The translations under genes were made by a program, and so were the position numbers. 64,000 nt of DNA from Bdellovibrionales bacterium (GTDB lineage Bacteria; Bdellovibrionota_C; UBA2361; SZUA-149; JAGRAN01): NCBI GenBank assembly GCA_020434585.1, contig JAGRAN010000032.1:11013-75012 (forward strand). The letters run 5' to 3'. The first letter of the stretch is position 1. Each line of letters opens with the position of its first letter. Below, piece by piece: positions 63,116-64,000 of this stretch. Below the pieces are notes generated by a model. The model made no database searches and was not told the origin of the DNA. It was given only the letters and a program-made list of their open reading frames with translations.

Positions 63116-63550
63116 TTGTCTGTGTTAGGCACAAATAAAATCATTAAATCTCGATGCAGTCTCGACGAACGCGGTGTGGCTATGGTGGAGACTGCAATTA
63201 CACTCCCGCTTTTTGTCCTTATTTTGTTTGGACTAATACAGTGGGGGATGATCTTGGCAGGTGAGCTTACACTGCGCAACGCCGCTGCAGTCGCCGCTCG
63301 TTCGATGATTGTTGGCAGCACGCCTCCGACTTCGACCCAAGTTGAAGCAACCGCTAAAGCCGCCATGCGCCCACTGCTAGACCCCGACAATAACACTACC
63401 TCAGTCGTGAGCGATCCTGACTACACTTCTGGCGGACTCAGCGGGGCAAAGCGTGTTCAGATTTCTCACTCGTATCCTTTATTGTTTTCGTTTGTAGTTC
63501 CTGGTTCTGCCGGCACGTTTACGATGAATGCTGAAGCTGTAATGAAGTAG
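63116..63550 (+). CDS. tadE: TadE-like pilus assembly/pseudopilin protein
   Basis: TTG start with an ACAGGAG RBS. DERGVAMVETAITLPLFVLILFGLIQWG is the TadE N-terminal motif. Confidence 0.75.
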   Translation: MSVLGTNKIIKSRCSLDERGVAMVETAITLPLFVLILFGLIQWGMILAGELTLRNAAAVAARSMIVGSTPPTSTQVEATAKAAMRPLLDPDNNTTSVVSDPDYTSGGLSGAKRVQISHSYPLLFSFVVPGSAGTFTMNAEAVMK

Positions 63551-63561
63551 GAGTAAAAGCC

Positions 63562-64000
63562 ATGATACCGAATTTTAAACGTGCTGGTGAGTCCGAGAAA
63601 GGCGGGATGGCGGTCATTGCTTCGGTTGTTATTGGGAGCATGCTGATATTTGCTTCATTGGTGGTTGATGTCGGGATGGTCCGAGTTCAGCATCGTCAAA
63701 TTAATGTTGCGGCAGACGCGGGCGCGATGGCTGGAGTGCTTAAAGTCATTGAGCCAGGTGTAAGTAAGTCTGACGTAATTGCTGAGGCCCAAAATGCGGC
63801 TCTAGCCAACGGACTTACGGCGGCAGAGATTGCTAGTCGTGGAGCGATAGAAGTCGGCAATTGGAACGGAACCAGCTTCGCTGCTGACGTTACACCGTGG
63901 AATGCGGTTCGCGTGCCCGGAGAACGCTCGGTGCTTTTTTCGCTCGGCCGTCTGATCTGGACACAGATGGATCCAGCAGTCGATTCAATTGCGACCCTTG
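63562..64000 (+). CDS. tadG: TadG-like (Tad_N) pilus assembly protein, 3'-truncated by window edge
   Basis: I translated it by hand and it stays open to position 64000. SEKGGMAVIASVVIGSMLIFASLVVDVGMVRVQHRQINVAADAGAMAG matches the TadG/Tad_N pattern. It is absent from the ORF track because no stop codon lies within the window. Confidence 0.65.
   Translation, partial: MIPNFKRAGESEKGGMAVIASVVIGSMLIFASLVVDVGMVRVQHRQINVAADAGAMAGVLKVIEPGVSKSDVIAEAQNAALANGLTAAEIASRGAIEVGNWNGTSFAADVTPWNAVRVPGERSVLFSLGRLIWTQMDPAVDSIATL

Overview
This 64-kb chromosomal window looks Gram-negative (TonB-dependent receptor, many lipobox lipoproteins, Flp/Tad pilus genes, flagellins). I support about 60 protein genes, one cobalamin riboswitch and a few intrinsic terminators. 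I saw no rRNA, tRNA, CRISPR array, transposase or integrase. All family calls come from motif reading by eye, not from searches.

Background composition is mid-GC: hand-counted 60-nt lines give about 45-53% in genes and lower between genes.

Main blocks:
1. 6.5-29.3 kb: a surface-glycan or protein-modification island. It holds a GT2, two GT-C-like transferases, a Wzy_C/O-antigen-ligase-like protein and four membrane-anchored SGNH paralogues. Embedded in it is a flagellin whose variable region is a complete seven-repeat FG-GAP propeller. Diverging from that flagellin is an orphan pair resembling the F-type conjugation proteins TraU and TrbC/TraW.
2. 33.4-34.8 kb: a second flagellin with a degenerate insert of the same kind.
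3. 35.8-40.45 kb: a riboswitch-controlled btuB-btuF-btuD-btuC-type operon.
4. 40.5-44.7 kb: a tightly coupled string of unknown/ATP-grasp-like protein, AstE/AspA-type zinc hydrolase, leaderless PD40 propeller and MerC-like protein.
5. Two paralogous uncharacterised HTH-like genes (45.2 and 51.7 kb), three dispersed Flp-type pilin genes, and the start of a tad locus at the 3' edge.
6. Housekeeping genes: pepA, dus, tag, msrA, mtnA and an mtnB-like gene.

Four gene-bounded GC-rich islands (about 60-68% in hand-counted lines) interrupt the mid-GC background. They explain the long antisense shadow ORFs in the six-frame track.
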